A stretch of DNA of 64,000 nucleotides from Acidimicrobiales bacterium (GTDB taxonomy: Bacteria > Actinomycetota > Acidimicrobiia > Acidimicrobiales > Aldehydirespiratoraceae), in NCBI GenBank assembly GCA_041687805.1, contig JBDNJK010000116.1:3985-67984 (forward strand), given 5' to 3'. Positions 31,901-42,115 of the stretch are shown here, piece by piece. Made by a program: the position numbers and the translations under genes. Below the pieces are notes generated by a model. It was not told the origin of the DNA, ran no database searches, and saw only the letters and a program-made list of their open reading frames with translations. Positions within the stretch are counted from its first letter, which is position 1. Each line of letters starts with the position of its first letter.

Positions 31901-33193
31901 TCATCGCCTACGACCGGGCCAGTCGTCCTCCACGCGGGCCTCAGCTCCATGATCGGTGGGCCGGTAGTAGACGTGCCCTTCAACTTCGTCGGGGCGATAG
32001 GACTGCTTGGCCCAGCCTTCGGGAAGGTCGTGAGGGTAGATGTATCCCTCGCCATGTCCGAGCCCGGCAGCGGCACGGTAGTGGGCATCACGAAGATGGG
32101 GAGGCACCTCACCGGTGCCCGCAGATCTAGCGTCGTCGAGTGCGGCAGAAATTGCCGCGGTGACACGATTCGACTTGGGTGCAGTGGCTAGGTGAATCAC
32201 GGCCTGAGCCAAATTGAGCTGAGCCTCGGGGAGCCCGACGAACTCGACGGCCCGAGCCGCCGCATCGGCGATCAACAAGGACTGAGGGTCGGCCATGCCG
32301 ATGTCTTCCGACGCGAGGATAACCAGTCGCCTGGCGATGAAACGAGCATCTTCACCCGCCTCGAGCATGCGGGCCAGCCAGTAGAGCCCGGCGTCGGCGT
32401 CGGACCCACGAATGCTTTTGATGAGAGCGCTCGCAACATCGAAATGACCGTCGCGGCCGTAGCGGACCGCCTTCGAGTCGACGGCGCCTTCGGCGTCGGC
32501 AAGCGTCACGTTGATGGGCGTGGAGCGCCGAGCCGCCAGGGCGACCGCTACTTCAGTGGAGGTGAGAGCATGCCGCCCATCGCCACCGCTGCGACCGGCC
32601 ATGTGGGCGATGGCGTCCTCGTCTGCGGTGGCGCCCTCCTCCGTGAGGCCACGTCGAATCAATTCAGCGATGTCGATGTCGGTGAGGGCTTTCAACCGGA
32701 ACAGAGTCGAACGCGACATGAGCGGCGGATTGACCTCGAAATGCGGATTCTCCGTGGTGGCACCGACAAGCACCAAGAGCCCCTCTTCCACGGCGGGTAG
32801 AAGCGTGTCCTGTTGCGACTTGTTGAAACGGTGCACTTCGTCGAGGAACAAGATGGTGCCGACGCCGCGCTCGCCGAGACGATGACGAGCCTGGGCGATG
32901 ATCTCCCTTACGTCCTTTACCGAAGCGGTGACCGCAGAAAGTTCCTCGAACACCTTCTCGGTCTGCGAGGCGATCACCCGGGCGAGCGTTGTCTTTCCCG
33001 TGCCTGGAGGACCCCACAGGATCACCGATGAAAGCCGATCGGACTCGATCAGCGTTCGCAGCGGTCGTCCAGGGGCCAACAGGTGTGATTGCCCAACGAT
33101 GTCGTCGAGCCGCTGCGGTCTGAGTCGAGCCGCCAACGGCGAGCGACGAGCCAAGGTGGCATCGGCAGCAGCGCCGAACAGGTCGTCAGCCAT
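31901..33193 (-). CDS. rarA: replication-associated recombination protein A (RarA/MgsA)
   Basis: PLAARLRP, WGPPGTGKTT, DEVHRFNKSQQD, KSIRGSD, VPPHLRDAHY. Confidence 0.96.
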   Translation of the reverse strand: MADDLFGAAADATLARRSPLAARLRPQRLDDIVGQSHLLAPGRPLRTLIESDRLSSVILWGPPGTGKTTLARVIASQTEKVFEELSAVTASVKDVREIIAQARHRLGERGVGTILFLDEVHRFNKSQQDTLLPAVEEGLLVLVGATTENPHFEVNPPLMSRSTLFRLKALTDIDIAELIRRGLTEEGATADEDAIAHMAGRSGGDGRHALTSTEVAVALAARRSTPINVTLADAEGAVDSKAVRYGRDGHFDVASALIKSIRGSDADAGLYWLARMLEAGEDARFIARRLVILASEDIGMADPQSLLIADAAARAVEFVGLPEAQLNLAQAVIHLATAPKSNRVTAAISAALDDARSAGTGEVPPHLRDAHYRAAAGLGHGEGYIYPHDLPEGWAKQSYRPDEVEGHVYYRPTDHGAEARVEDDWPGRRR

Positions 33194-33202
33194 GCATCTC
33201 CG

Positions 33203-34963
33203 TCAGGTGGCCTGGGGCAGAACCCGCAGCCCGAGCTCCTCGAGCTGAGTCGCATCGAGTGGGCCTGGCGCGTTGGTGAGCGGGTCGGCTCCGGACTGGG
33301 TCTTCGGGAACGCAATGACTTCTCGGATATTTTCTTCACCGACGAGCAAGGCGGTGAGCCGATCGATTCCAAACGCGAAGCCTGCGTGGGGCGGTGCACC
33401 GTACTTGAAGGCGTCGAGCAGGAACCCGAACTTCGACTGAGCTTCCTCTTTGCCGATACCGAGAAGCTCGAAGATTCGGCTCTGGATGTCGTTGCGGTGA
33501 ATTCGTACGCTGCCCGAGCCGAGTTCCCAACCGTTGAGCACGAGGTCGTAGGACTGCGACCGAACCTCGTGCAAGGCCTCTCCGCCGGCATTGAAATGAT
33601 CCATGTCGTCGGGGTGGGGCATGGTAAATGGGTGGTGGGCCGGAATCGGATTACCGTCGTCGCCGAGCGCCTCGAACAACGGGAAATCGACCACCCACAC
33701 GAACTTGAACCCGCCTTCATCGACTGCTGGTCGACCCAGCGACAAACGCAGCATCCCCAGCACTCGCTGCACCATCCGTCGGGTGTCGGCCACGAGGAAC
33801 ACCATGTCGCCTGGGGCCGCTCCGAGCGACTGAATCACGGATGTGCCTTCGGCCTCGGTCAGGAACTTGGCCACACCGGCCTCAAGCTTCGCGCTGCCGT
33901 CGTCGTCAGCGACTCGCATCCAGGCAAGCCCCTTGGCTCCCCAACGCTTGCAATCCTCGACCAGAGCGTCGACCTGATTTCGAGAAAGGCTCTCGACGCC
34001 GCCCTTGAGGCAAATGCCCTTGATGCATTCGGCTTGGAATACCCGAGCTTCGGTGCCCTCGAATATCGGTGTGAGTTCCACCAGCTCCATGCCGAAACGC
34101 ATGTCGGGCTTGTCGTTACCAAACCTCTCCATCGAGTCGTTCCACGTAATGCGGGGAATGACACCCGGCCGATCGCCGGTTACGACCTCGGCTACATCGG
34201 CCACCGCGCTGGAAATGAACTCGAAAACGTCTTCCTGGCTGACGAAACTGGCTTCCGCGTCGAGCTGCATGAACTCGAACTGGCGATCGGCTCGAAGATC
34301 TTCATCGCGCAGGCAACGTGCGATTTGGTAGTAGCGATCGATGCCGCCGACCATGCAGAGCTGCTTGAACAATTGCGGACTCTGAGGCAGCGCGTAGAAG
34401 CTTCCGGGCTCCTTGCGAGACGGCACGACGAAGTCGCGGGCGCCCTCAGGCGTGGAGGCGATCAACATGGGGGTCTCGATCTCGACGAATCCTTGGCGCT
34501 CCATGGCCTTGCGAATCGTGCTGTTGATCAGCGCTCGGGTCCGAAGATTGCGCTGCATCCGAGATTTCCGAAGATCGATGTAACGGTGACGCAGACGAAT
34601 TATCTCATCGACACCGGTGCGCTCGTCCATGGGAAATGGCGGTGGCTCCGACTTCGACAGAATCTCAACCGTCTCGACATCAACCTCGACCGCACCAGTG
34701 CCGAGGTCTTCGTTGACTGTGCCCTCGGGGCGGGGCCGAACAACACCTGTCATCCGGGCCACGTACTCGCTTCGAAGATCACGCGACCCGTCGATCACAC
34801 ACTGCAAAACGCCGGTGTGGTCGCGAAGATCGATGAACGCGAGGTGTTCGCCGTGCTCGCGGCGTCGGTCGACCCAGCCGCACACTGTGATTGTTCGTCC
34901 GACATCGGCTGTGCCGAGCTGGCCGCACATGTCGGTTCGCATTGAAGTTGAGAGATCCATCAT
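33203..34963 (-). CDS. aspS: aspartate--tRNA ligase, probably non-discriminating
   Basis: TPEGARDF, LPQSPQLFKQ, RDEDLRADRQ.EF, GAPPHAG.A.G.DR. Confidence 0.98.
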   Translation of the reverse strand: MMDLSTSMRTDMCGQLGTADVGRTITVCGWVDRRREHGEHLAFIDLRDHTGVLQCVIDGSRDLRSEYVARMTGVVRPRPEGTVNEDLGTGAVEVDVETVEILSKSEPPPFPMDERTGVDEIIRLRHRYIDLRKSRMQRNLRTRALINSTIRKAMERQGFVEIETPMLIASTPEGARDFVVPSRKEPGSFYALPQSPQLFKQLCMVGGIDRYYQIARCLRDEDLRADRQFEFMQLDAEASFVSQEDVFEFISSAVADVAEVVTGDRPGVIPRITWNDSMERFGNDKPDMRFGMELVELTPIFEGTEARVFQAECIKGICLKGGVESLSRNQVDALVEDCKRWGAKGLAWMRVADDDGSAKLEAGVAKFLTEAEGTSVIQSLGAAPGDMVFLVADTRRMVQRVLGMLRLSLGRPAVDEGGFKFVWVVDFPLFEALGDDGNPIPAHHPFTMPHPDDMDHFNAGGEALHEVRSQSYDLVLNGWELGSGSVRIHRNDIQSRIFELLGIGKEEAQSKFGFLLDAFKYGAPPHAGFAFGIDRLTALLVGEENIREVIAFPKTQSGADPLTNAPGPLDATQLEELGLRVLPQAT

Positions 34964-36240
34964 CGGTCCTGTTTTGGGGAGATCAAGTGACGCAATTCGC
35001 CGGCGAGCGCGTCGAGAGGCACCCGGCGTTGCCCGGAGTCGCCTCGCATGTCGCGCAGGGTGACTTCACCCGACGCGACCTCGTCTTCGCCGATGATCAC
35101 GGCGAACGGTGCGCCAGACCGGTCGGCGAGCTTCATCTGGGCCTTCATCGACCGTCCCCCGTAGGCCCTGTCGGCTCCGAGGCCGACCTCACGGAGTCGG
35201 TCACAAATACCAAGTGCGTGAGACCCGCCGGCGACATCAACGACGAACGCATGCAGCGCAGTTGGTGGCTGGTCGAAGGAAGATTCGGCGTCGCAAGCCA
35301 TGAGAATTCGATCGATGCCGAGGGCGAATCCAATGCCCGGAGTAGCCGGCCCGCCGAGGTCTTCGACCAGGCCGTCGTAGCGACCGCCGCCGCCCACGGC
35401 GTTCTGCGATGCTTCAAGAGATTCCGCGGCAAATTCGAATGTGGTGCGCGTGTAATAGTCGAGGCCCCGAACCAAGCGTGGCGAAATGTCGAATTCGATG
35501 CCGAGCGACTCGAGACCAGCTCTCACCGCATCGAAATGAGAACCAGACTCTTCGCTCAAGAAGTCGACCATCAACGGAGCCGCATCGATCACAGATTGAT
35601 CTTCACGCCGCTTCGAATCGAGAACGCGAAGCGGGTTTCGCTCCAAGGTGACCTGAGATTGATTCGACAACTCGGCACGATGCGACTCGAGGTAGGCAGT
35701 GAGCGCCTGCATGTAGGCGGGTCTGCAATGTTGATCACCGAGACTATTGATGAGAAGACGAACCCGAGATAGCCCAACCGAAGCAAAGAATCTGGCACCA
35801 AGCGCGATCACATCCACATCAGCTGCAGGATCGTCGGTTCCCAGAACCTCGACGCCTACCTGGGTGAATTGCCGGTAGCGGCCCGCCTGAGGCTGTTCGT
35901 AACGAAACTGCGGGCCTTCATACCAAACCTTCCAAGGCGGAACCGGACGGTGCTCGGCGAACGCACGACAGATGCTGGCGGTGAGCTCGGGGCGCAACGC
36001 CAAATGCTGAGGCGGATCACCCTTGTCGTAGAGATCAAACATTTCCTTGGTGACGATGTCGGTGAACTCGCCTACCCGTTTGAAAACACCCATGTCTTCA
36101 AACATCGGCGAGACGACCTCACCGAAGCCGCCGCGGGCCGCAAAATCAGCAAAAACATCAACCAGGGCACGACGCCTGGTCGACTCTGGAGCAAGGATGT
36201 CTCGGGTGCCTTTCGGGGCACGAAATTTCGGCTCTGCCAC
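34960..36240 (-). CDS. hisS: histidine--tRNA ligase
   Basis: PKGTRD, LRPELTA, FRYEQPQAGRYRQF, VRGLDYY, GGGRYDGL. Confidence 0.98.
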   Translation of the reverse strand: MAEPKFRAPKGTRDILAPESTRRRALVDVFADFAARGGFGEVVSPMFEDMGVFKRVGEFTDIVTKEMFDLYDKGDPPQHLALRPELTASICRAFAEHRPVPPWKVWYEGPQFRYEQPQAGRYRQFTQVGVEVLGTDDPAADVDVIALGARFFASVGLSRVRLLINSLGDQHCRPAYMQALTAYLESHRAELSNQSQVTLERNPLRVLDSKRREDQSVIDAAPLMVDFLSEESGSHFDAVRAGLESLGIEFDISPRLVRGLDYYTRTTFEFAAESLEASQNAVGGGGRYDGLVEDLGGPATPGIGFALGIDRILMACDAESSFDQPPTALHAFVVDVAGGSHALGICDRLREVGLGADRAYGGRSMKAQMKLADRSGAPFAVIIGEDEVASGEVTLRDMRGDSGQRRVPLDALAGELRHLISPKQDR

Positions 36241-36288
36241 GACGGATGAGGCTAGCGGCCACCAGAGCGTGCCGTCCTTGTCATCGAG

Positions 36289-38517
36289 TCAGGCAGCTCC
36301 AGGTACCACCCGGTATGCGTCGTACACCGATTCGATGCCGAGCAGCGACGACAACACCGAATCGAGTTGGCTGACATCAGCCAACTCAAATTCGAATCTC
36401 ATGGTGGCAATTCGGTCGTCACCCGTGGATGTTTCCGACCCCAAAATGTCGAGCCCATGGTCGGTCAACACCGCGGATACGTCGCGCAGGAGCGACTGAC
36501 GGTCGAGCGCACGAATCTCGATCGTGGTGGCGAACTGACCGCCATGATCGGCGTCCCACTCCACTTCGATCAGTCGATCCGGCTGACCTTCGGAAAGCGC
36601 TGTGGCGTTGATGCAGTCGGCGCGATGGACCGACACTCCCCGGCCACGCGTGACAAAGCCGACAATTTCGTCGGGAGGCACAGGCGAGCAGCAACGGGAG
36701 AGCCTGATCATGATGTCGTCGAGACCCTCGACGTGAACGCCGCCCGTGTGTGATCCACTGCGTCGAGTGCCATGCCGGCGACCGATGGTGGCCGGGAGCC
36801 TGTCGTGTTCGGTCTCGGTGCTGTCTTCACGGTTGAGATCTTCGGAAATACGCCTGGCGAATGATTGTGCCGAGACGTGCCCCTCTCCGATGGCGGCGAA
36901 AAGTGAGTCGTCATCGGCGTAGTTGAGTTGGCTGCCTATCTCGTGAAGCGCAGTCTGTTTGAGCACACGTCGAGCTGGTAGCCCTTCGCGACGAAGTGCC
37001 TGGAGCAACTCCTCACGCCCATGCTCAATGGCATCCTCCCGGCGCTCCTTGGAATACCACTGCTTGATTTTGTTGGCCGCACGGCGGCTGGCTACGAACT
37101 TCAGCCAATCGCGGCTGGGGCCGGCACCTTCCACTTTCGATGTGAAGATCTCCACAGCGTCGCCCGATGACAATCGGGTATGAAGCGGCACAAGACGACC
37201 GTTGACCTTCGATCCGATGCACGAGTGGCCCACATCAGTGTGGATGGCATAGGCGAAATCAACCGCGGTTGCGCCAACCGGCAACTCGACAACCTTGCCT
37301 TTGGGTGTGAAGACGTATACCTCGTCCTGGTCGAGATCGAACTTGAGATTCGACAGGAACTCCGACGGGTCGGAGGTCTCCTGCTGCCACTCGACGATGC
37401 GGCTAAGCCAGGCCATCTCGCCCTTCGGGCGACCATGCTTGTATTCCCAGTGAGCCGCAACACCGAACTCGGCGCGGTTGTGCATCTCCCTGGTGCGAAT
37501 TTGGACCTCGAGCGTCTTGCCCTGCGGTCCGACCACCGTCGTGTGAAGCGACTGGTAGAGGTTGAACTTGGGCATTGCGATGTAGTCCTTGAAACGACCC
37601 TGAACCGGGCGCCACGTGGCGTGAATGGAACCAAGTGCCGCGTAACAGTCACGCACCGAATCAACAATGACCCGTATGCCTACAAGGTCGAAAATCTCCT
37701 CGAAAGAACGGTCCTTGACGACCATCTTCTCGTAGATCGACCACAAGTGCTTCGGCCTGCCGTCGATTTCGGCCGTGATTCCGAGCTCGTCGAGGCGGCC
37801 TTGGACGTCGCCCAGAACCTGTTCGAGGTAGATGCCACGCTCGGGCGCACGCTGATGGATCATCTGATCGATCTCGGCATAGCGCCGTGGATATCGAGCG
37901 GCGAAAGAGAGGTCTTCCAGCTGCTGCTTCATATCCGACATACCGAGCCGGTGGGCCAGAGGCGCATAGACATCGAGCGTCTCGCGGGCAACTCGCTCCT
38001 GCTTGAACGCCGGCATTCCGGCGATGGTGCGGAGATTGTGGAGTCGATCAGCCAACTTGATGATCAACACCCGCAGGTCCTGAGCAATCGCCACGATCAT
38101 CTTGCGCATCGATGCGGCTTGTTGTTGTTCCTTGGTGTCGTAGCGAACGCGCTCGAGCTTCGTCACGCCGTCGACAATGTTGGCCACATCTTGGCCAAAT
38201 CGTTCTTTCAGTTCGTTGAGTCCGATAGACGTGTCCTCGACCGAATCGTGGAGTAGCGCGCCGGCGATAGTGACATCATCGAGACCCTGCCGCGCAACAA
38301 TCGTGGCTACAGCCACCGGGTGGCGAATATAGGGTTCCCCCGACTTTCGTGTCTGGCCTTTATGGGCTTCGGCCGCCACGGAGAACGCATCCTCAATGAG
38401 CGCCGTCGACATCTTCGGGTGACGCTCACTGAAGGCTTCGAGCAACTCGGCGATCTCGACCGAATGAGATCGATTCAGCGAACGACGCCACGGAAGAACC
38501 CGAGTGACCGTCGCCAT
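36289..38517 (-). CDS. relA: bifunctional (p)ppGpp synthetase/hydrolase Rel
   Basis: RKSGEPYI.HP, LLHD.VED, KLADRLHN, RFKDYIA.PK, TGS and ACT domains. Confidence 0.97.
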   Translation of the reverse strand: MATVTRVLPWRRSLNRSHSVEIAELLEAFSERHPKMSTALIEDAFSVAAEAHKGQTRKSGEPYIRHPVAVATIVARQGLDDVTIAGALLHDSVEDTSIGLNELKERFGQDVANIVDGVTKLERVRYDTKEQQQAASMRKMIVAIAQDLRVLIIKLADRLHNLRTIAGMPAFKQERVARETLDVYAPLAHRLGMSDMKQQLEDLSFAARYPRRYAEIDQMIHQRAPERGIYLEQVLGDVQGRLDELGITAEIDGRPKHLWSIYEKMVVKDRSFEEIFDLVGIRVIVDSVRDCYAALGSIHATWRPVQGRFKDYIAMPKFNLYQSLHTTVVGPQGKTLEVQIRTREMHNRAEFGVAAHWEYKHGRPKGEMAWLSRIVEWQQETSDPSEFLSNLKFDLDQDEVYVFTPKGKVVELPVGATAVDFAYAIHTDVGHSCIGSKVNGRLVPLHTRLSSGDAVEIFTSKVEGAGPSRDWLKFVASRRAANKIKQWYSKERREDAIEHGREELLQALRREGLPARRVLKQTALHEIGSQLNYADDDSLFAAIGEGHVSAQSFARRISEDLNREDSTETEHDRLPATIGRRHGTRRSGSHTGGVHVEGLDDIMIRLSRCCSPVPPDEIVGFVTRGRGVSVHRADCINATALSEGQPDRLIEVEWDADHGGQFATTIEIRALDRQSLLRDVSAVLTDHGLDILGSETSTGDDRIATMRFEFELADVSQLDSVLSSLLGIESVYDAYRVVPGAA

Positions 38518-39080
38518 TAGGCGGCTCCAGATTCGGCGCCGAACTTCATCACCGCGTGGGCTGTGACACCATCAAGCTTTGAACGGCCATCGAGGAACAC
38601 CAGATCAATGAGAAATCCGAATCCCAACAGGTTGGCGCCGGTTGCGGTCACCAGTCGGGCTGCGGCAGCCGCTGTGCCACCAGTGGCCAGCACGTCATCG
38701 ACTATGACCACCCGACTCCCTGCACGAAGGGCGTCGGTATGGATCTCAAGGCAATCCTCGCCGTATTCGAGACCGTATGACTCCGAAAGGACGTCACCGG
38801 GAAGTTTCCCCGGCTTACGAACCGGAACGAACCCCACTCCGAGGGCCTGAGCTACGGGTGCGGCGAGAATGAAGCCGCGAGCCTCGATCCCAACGACATA
38901 GTCAACTTTTGATGACAGCCAAGGTTCGGACATAGCGGCAACAGCCGAAGCCATGGCCGTGGGGTCGCTCAAAATCGGTGTGATGTCCTTGAACAGAACA
39001 CCCGGCATCGGGAAATCGGGCACGTCGCGCACCAGACTTGAAAGTCTGGCAACCTCACCACGAACGATTTCACCGGTCAT
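38517..39080 (-). CDS. apt: adenine phosphoribosyltransferase
   Basis: PDFP.PG..FKDITP, GIEARGF, VRKPGKLP, VDDVLATGGT. Confidence 0.97.
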   Translation of the reverse strand: MTGEIVRGEVARLSSLVRDVPDFPMPGVLFKDITPILSDPTAMASAVAAMSEPWLSSKVDYVVGIEARGFILAAPVAQALGVGFVPVRKPGKLPGDVLSESYGLEYGEDCLEIHTDALRAGSRVVIVDDVLATGGTAAAAARLVTATGANLLGFGFLIDLVFLDGRSKLDGVTAHAVMKFGAESGAA

Positions 39081-39100
39081 GGCGCAACGGTACCCGCGTT

Positions 39101-40225
39101 TCAGCGCTTCTTCTTTTTCTTGCGCGGCCGCGGTGGCGTTCCTCCGGGTCGGCCGGCCTGGGAGGGTCGCGAGCGCGAACCTGCTGAGCCGCCCCCTACC
39201 GCGCCGGCGCCAACAGCGCTTCGGCCAGTGAGTGCGGCACGATCGTCGTCACTCACTGCGCGGGTGGCGGTGCCAGGTTGATGGCGGGCCTCGACGCGAG
39301 TGCGGATCGCACGAAATTCGGGTTCGCGTTCCTTCATTAATGCAACTATGTAGGTGGCGAGGAAGATCGACGAGTAGGACCCGATGAAGATGCCGATGGC
39401 GAGGGCGATGGCGAACTCCTGGAGCGTGGGAGCGCCGAAGAAAACCGATCCGATCACGAGCATCGACAACACCGGCATCACCGAAGTGATCGATGTGTTG
39501 ATTGAGCGCATCAACACCTGATTGAGCGACAGATTCATCATTTCGGTGTAGGTGTAACGACCGGTGCCTGCGAGTCTCGCCGTGTTGTCGCGCACCTTGT
39601 CGTAGACGACAATCGTGTCATATAGCGAATACCCCATGATCGTGAGGAAGGCGATGACCGTGGCCGGCGTGACATCAAACTGGAAGAGAGCGTAGAGACC
39701 GATAGATATGCCGATGTCGTGAGCCACCGCGACCAGCGCTCCCACCGCCATTTTCCATTCGAGACGAATCGAGATATAGGCGGCGACTATCAGGAAGAAC
39801 CAGACGAGGGCAGATCTGGCCTTGGATGTGATTCGCTTGCCCCAAGACGGGCCAACGGTGGTGACGCTCACATCATTGGATTTGATGCCGGCACTGTCGG
39901 CGAGAGCCGCCTGGATCTGAGCCACCGTTTCGGGATCTTCGATGGAGGACCTGATCCGAATCGTGTCGCCGCCGACGGTCTGGATGGTGGATGCGCTGCT
40001 TGAGATGCTCGTGAATGTCGAACGCGCATCAGCTACCGACAAGTCGGGTGCGCTCAGCTCCCATGAGGTGCCACCGACGAACTCAATACTGAGGTTGAGG
40101 CCGCGTATGAACAACGCGCCAACGCTGATCAGGACCAATGCCGCTGACACCGTTGCGGCCCGCTTCCATAGTCTCGGGAAATCGAAGCGGTTGTCGCCTC
40201 TGTAGAGGTCGCGCCAAATGCTCAT
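39101..40225 (-). CDS. secF: protein translocase subunit SecF
   Basis: GLNLSIEFVGG, VGPSWG, GYSLYDTIVVYDKVR, RSINTS; ATGA overlap with secD. Confidence 0.97.
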   Translation of the reverse strand: MSIWRDLYRGDNRFDFPRLWKRAATVSAALVLISVGALFIRGLNLSIEFVGGTSWELSAPDLSVADARSTFTSISSSASTIQTVGGDTIRIRSSIEDPETVAQIQAALADSAGIKSNDVSVTTVGPSWGKRITSKARSALVWFFLIVAAYISIRLEWKMAVGALVAVAHDIGISIGLYALFQFDVTPATVIAFLTIMGYSLYDTIVVYDKVRDNTARLAGTGRYTYTEMMNLSLNQVLMRSINTSITSVMPVLSMLVIGSVFFGAPTLQEFAIALAIGIFIGSYSSIFLATYIVALMKEREPEFRAIRTRVEARHQPGTATRAVSDDDRAALTGRSAVGAGAVGGGSAGSRSRPSQAGRPGGTPPRPRKKKKKR

Positions 40226-41733
40226 GACTTTGCCTCTCCATAGGTGGGAATACCGAATCTCCTCTGATGTTCGTAGAGCCCGGCCTTGGCGGCCAGCAAA
40301 CGAATCATTGGCCCCATGAAGAAGTAGGTGGCAACCAGATCGAGAATCGTGGCCAGCCCGAGATACAACGCAAACCCCTTGACAGAACCAACAGTGAGGA
40401 AATACAGCACACCAGCTGCGATGAGGCTGGCGATGTCGGCCTTGACGATGGTGGAGTATGCGATCGGGAATGCCCGGTCGACCGCCGAACGGATCGTCCT
40501 TCCGCCCCTGACATCTTCCTTGAGATTTTCGAAATAGACGACGTTGGAGTCGACCGACAATCCGACCGACACGATGAGACCAGTGACGCCGGCGAGCGTG
40601 AGGGCAAGCCCACGGCTGCTGCCGAGGTAGGCGATGATCGTCCACAACATAGAGCCCGAAATTGCCAGGCTCAAAATGGCAATGATGCCCATAAGGCGGT
40701 AATAGGCGATCAGGTAGATAGCCACGAAAGCCAGGCCGATGAGCCCCGAGATCACACCTGCTCGAAGTGCATCAGACCCAAGGGTGGACGAGACAACTTG
40801 GCTTTGTTGTGGCACGAGTTCAACCGGCAGAGCGCCGAATCGCAAGACGAGAGCCAGATCCTTCGCGCTCGTTTCGTCGAAGGAACCAGAGATCGTTATG
40901 GCGTCGCGGCTGAACGTCGCCACTTGAACATTGGGCGCGGTGACCACCTTGCCGTCGATCTCGATCGCGATACGGCCCGTGGGGCATATCGCATCCTGGT
41001 TGAAACAAAGTGTGGCGAGTGCGTTGAAATCGTCGATCCCCGGGGACCCAGACCGGAAGCTGGGGGATACGATCCAGCCTTGCGATCCGCTGAACTGCGC
41101 GCTTGCGGTCTGCAGAGAATCGCCCGTGAGTCGCTTGTCGGGGTGGGCGCTCTGATTGACGATCAGCGGTGCTGCTCCAAGACTCAACCGTTCGCTGCCG
41201 CCGGAAGATGTGTCGGAGTCGAGAACCGATGGTTCGCCAGCATCTGCAGAGGGGGTGGTGGTCCACTGGTCGACAAGGGACTGCGCGGCCGCTACACGCG
41301 CCGCGTAGTCCGTGTCTGTCTCGGTGTCGGCCTTGGGGATCTTGCCGTCAACTACTTGTTGGGCCGCGTCCACCAAGGCAGGGTTCTGCGAATCAAAAAC
41401 CGGCCGGAATCTCAGCTCAGCGGTTTGACCAACGAGTTCGAGGGCACGCGCGGTGTCGTCAACACCAGGGATCTGTACAAGAACGGTTTGGCCATCGCGA
41501 GTAATTTCAGGCTCAGCCACTCCGAGCCCGTCTACGCGGTTGCGAATGATGTCGACTGCCTCGTCGAGAGCCGCATCGTCAAAATCCTGACCGGGTGCGG
41601 GTTCGAGCACGACGGAAACTCCACCCTGAAGGTCGAGGCCCAGCAGCGGACTATTGCCACCTACCACGGTGTAGGCGATTCCCGCTATCGCCAGAAGCGT
41701 GATTCCGAGCGCGTATGTGAGCTGCCTACTCAT
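40222..41733 (-). CDS. secD: protein translocase subunit SecD
   Basis: LGLDLQGG, RVDGLGVAEP, L.FGALP, VDSNVVYFE, VKGFA. Confidence 0.97.
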   Translation of the reverse strand: MSRQLTYALGITLLAIAGIAYTVVGGNSPLLGLDLQGGVSVVLEPAPGQDFDDAALDEAVDIIRNRVDGLGVAEPEITRDGQTVLVQIPGVDDTARALELVGQTAELRFRPVFDSQNPALVDAAQQVVDGKIPKADTETDTDYAARVAAAQSLVDQWTTTPSADAGEPSVLDSDTSSGGSERLSLGAAPLIVNQSAHPDKRLTGDSLQTASAQFSGSQGWIVSPSFRSGSPGIDDFNALATLCFNQDAICPTGRIAIEIDGKVVTAPNVQVATFSRDAITISGSFDETSAKDLALVLRFGALPVELVPQQSQVVSSTLGSDALRAGVISGLIGLAFVAIYLIAYYRLMGIIAILSLAISGSMLWTIIAYLGSSRGLALTLAGVTGLIVSVGLSVDSNVVYFENLKEDVRGGRTIRSAVDRAFPIAYSTIVKADIASLIAAGVLYFLTVGSVKGFALYLGLATILDLVATYFFMGPMIRLLAAKAGLYEHQRRFGIPTYGEAKS

Positions 41734-42041
41734 CCGTTCAACTCCTCATTCGAGTTCTCTACGTCGTCGATCTCGTCGTCGTCGACGTCATCGGCACGCT
41801 CGACCCTGTCGGTGATGGCCGACCGGAGCACCTTCAATTCGACATCGGGTGCGACCTCAAGCCACACCACTTCGTCTTCGACCTCGGCCACAGCTCCGAA
41901 GATCCCCGAACTGGTGACGACCACGTCGCCTTCCTCCAGGGAATTAAGAAGGGCCTTGTGAGCCTTCATCTTGCGTTGTTGGGGAACGATCATGAACGCG
42001 TAGAGCGCGCCCATCAGGATTATGAGAACTAGGAAACTCAT
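41730..42041 (-). CDS. yajC: preprotein translocase subunit YajC
   Basis: TM helix, PQQRK, GD.VVT.SGIFG. Confidence 0.95.
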   Translation of the reverse strand: MSFLVLIILMGALYAFMIVPQQRKMKAHKALLNSLEEGDVVVTSSGIFGAVAEVEDEVVWLEVAPDVELKVLRSAITDRVERADDVDDDEIDDVENSNEELNG

Positions 42042-42115
42042 TGGTGAAACTCGCCTCCGGAGCGACGGAACGAAAGCAGGCTATCTGCATGCCGCGCCGA
42101 CCCACCCAGTGGCCT

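Noticed and set aside
33089..34945. 618-aa plus-strand ORF antisense to aspS
   Set aside because: Shadow ORF expected from high-GC codon bias; no recognisable motifs
39101..39200. Poly-basic SecF tail (PPRPRKKKKKR)
   Set aside because: Common in actinobacterial SecF
40267..41961. 564-aa plus-strand ORF antisense to secD
   Set aside because: Antisense shadow of a well-supported gene
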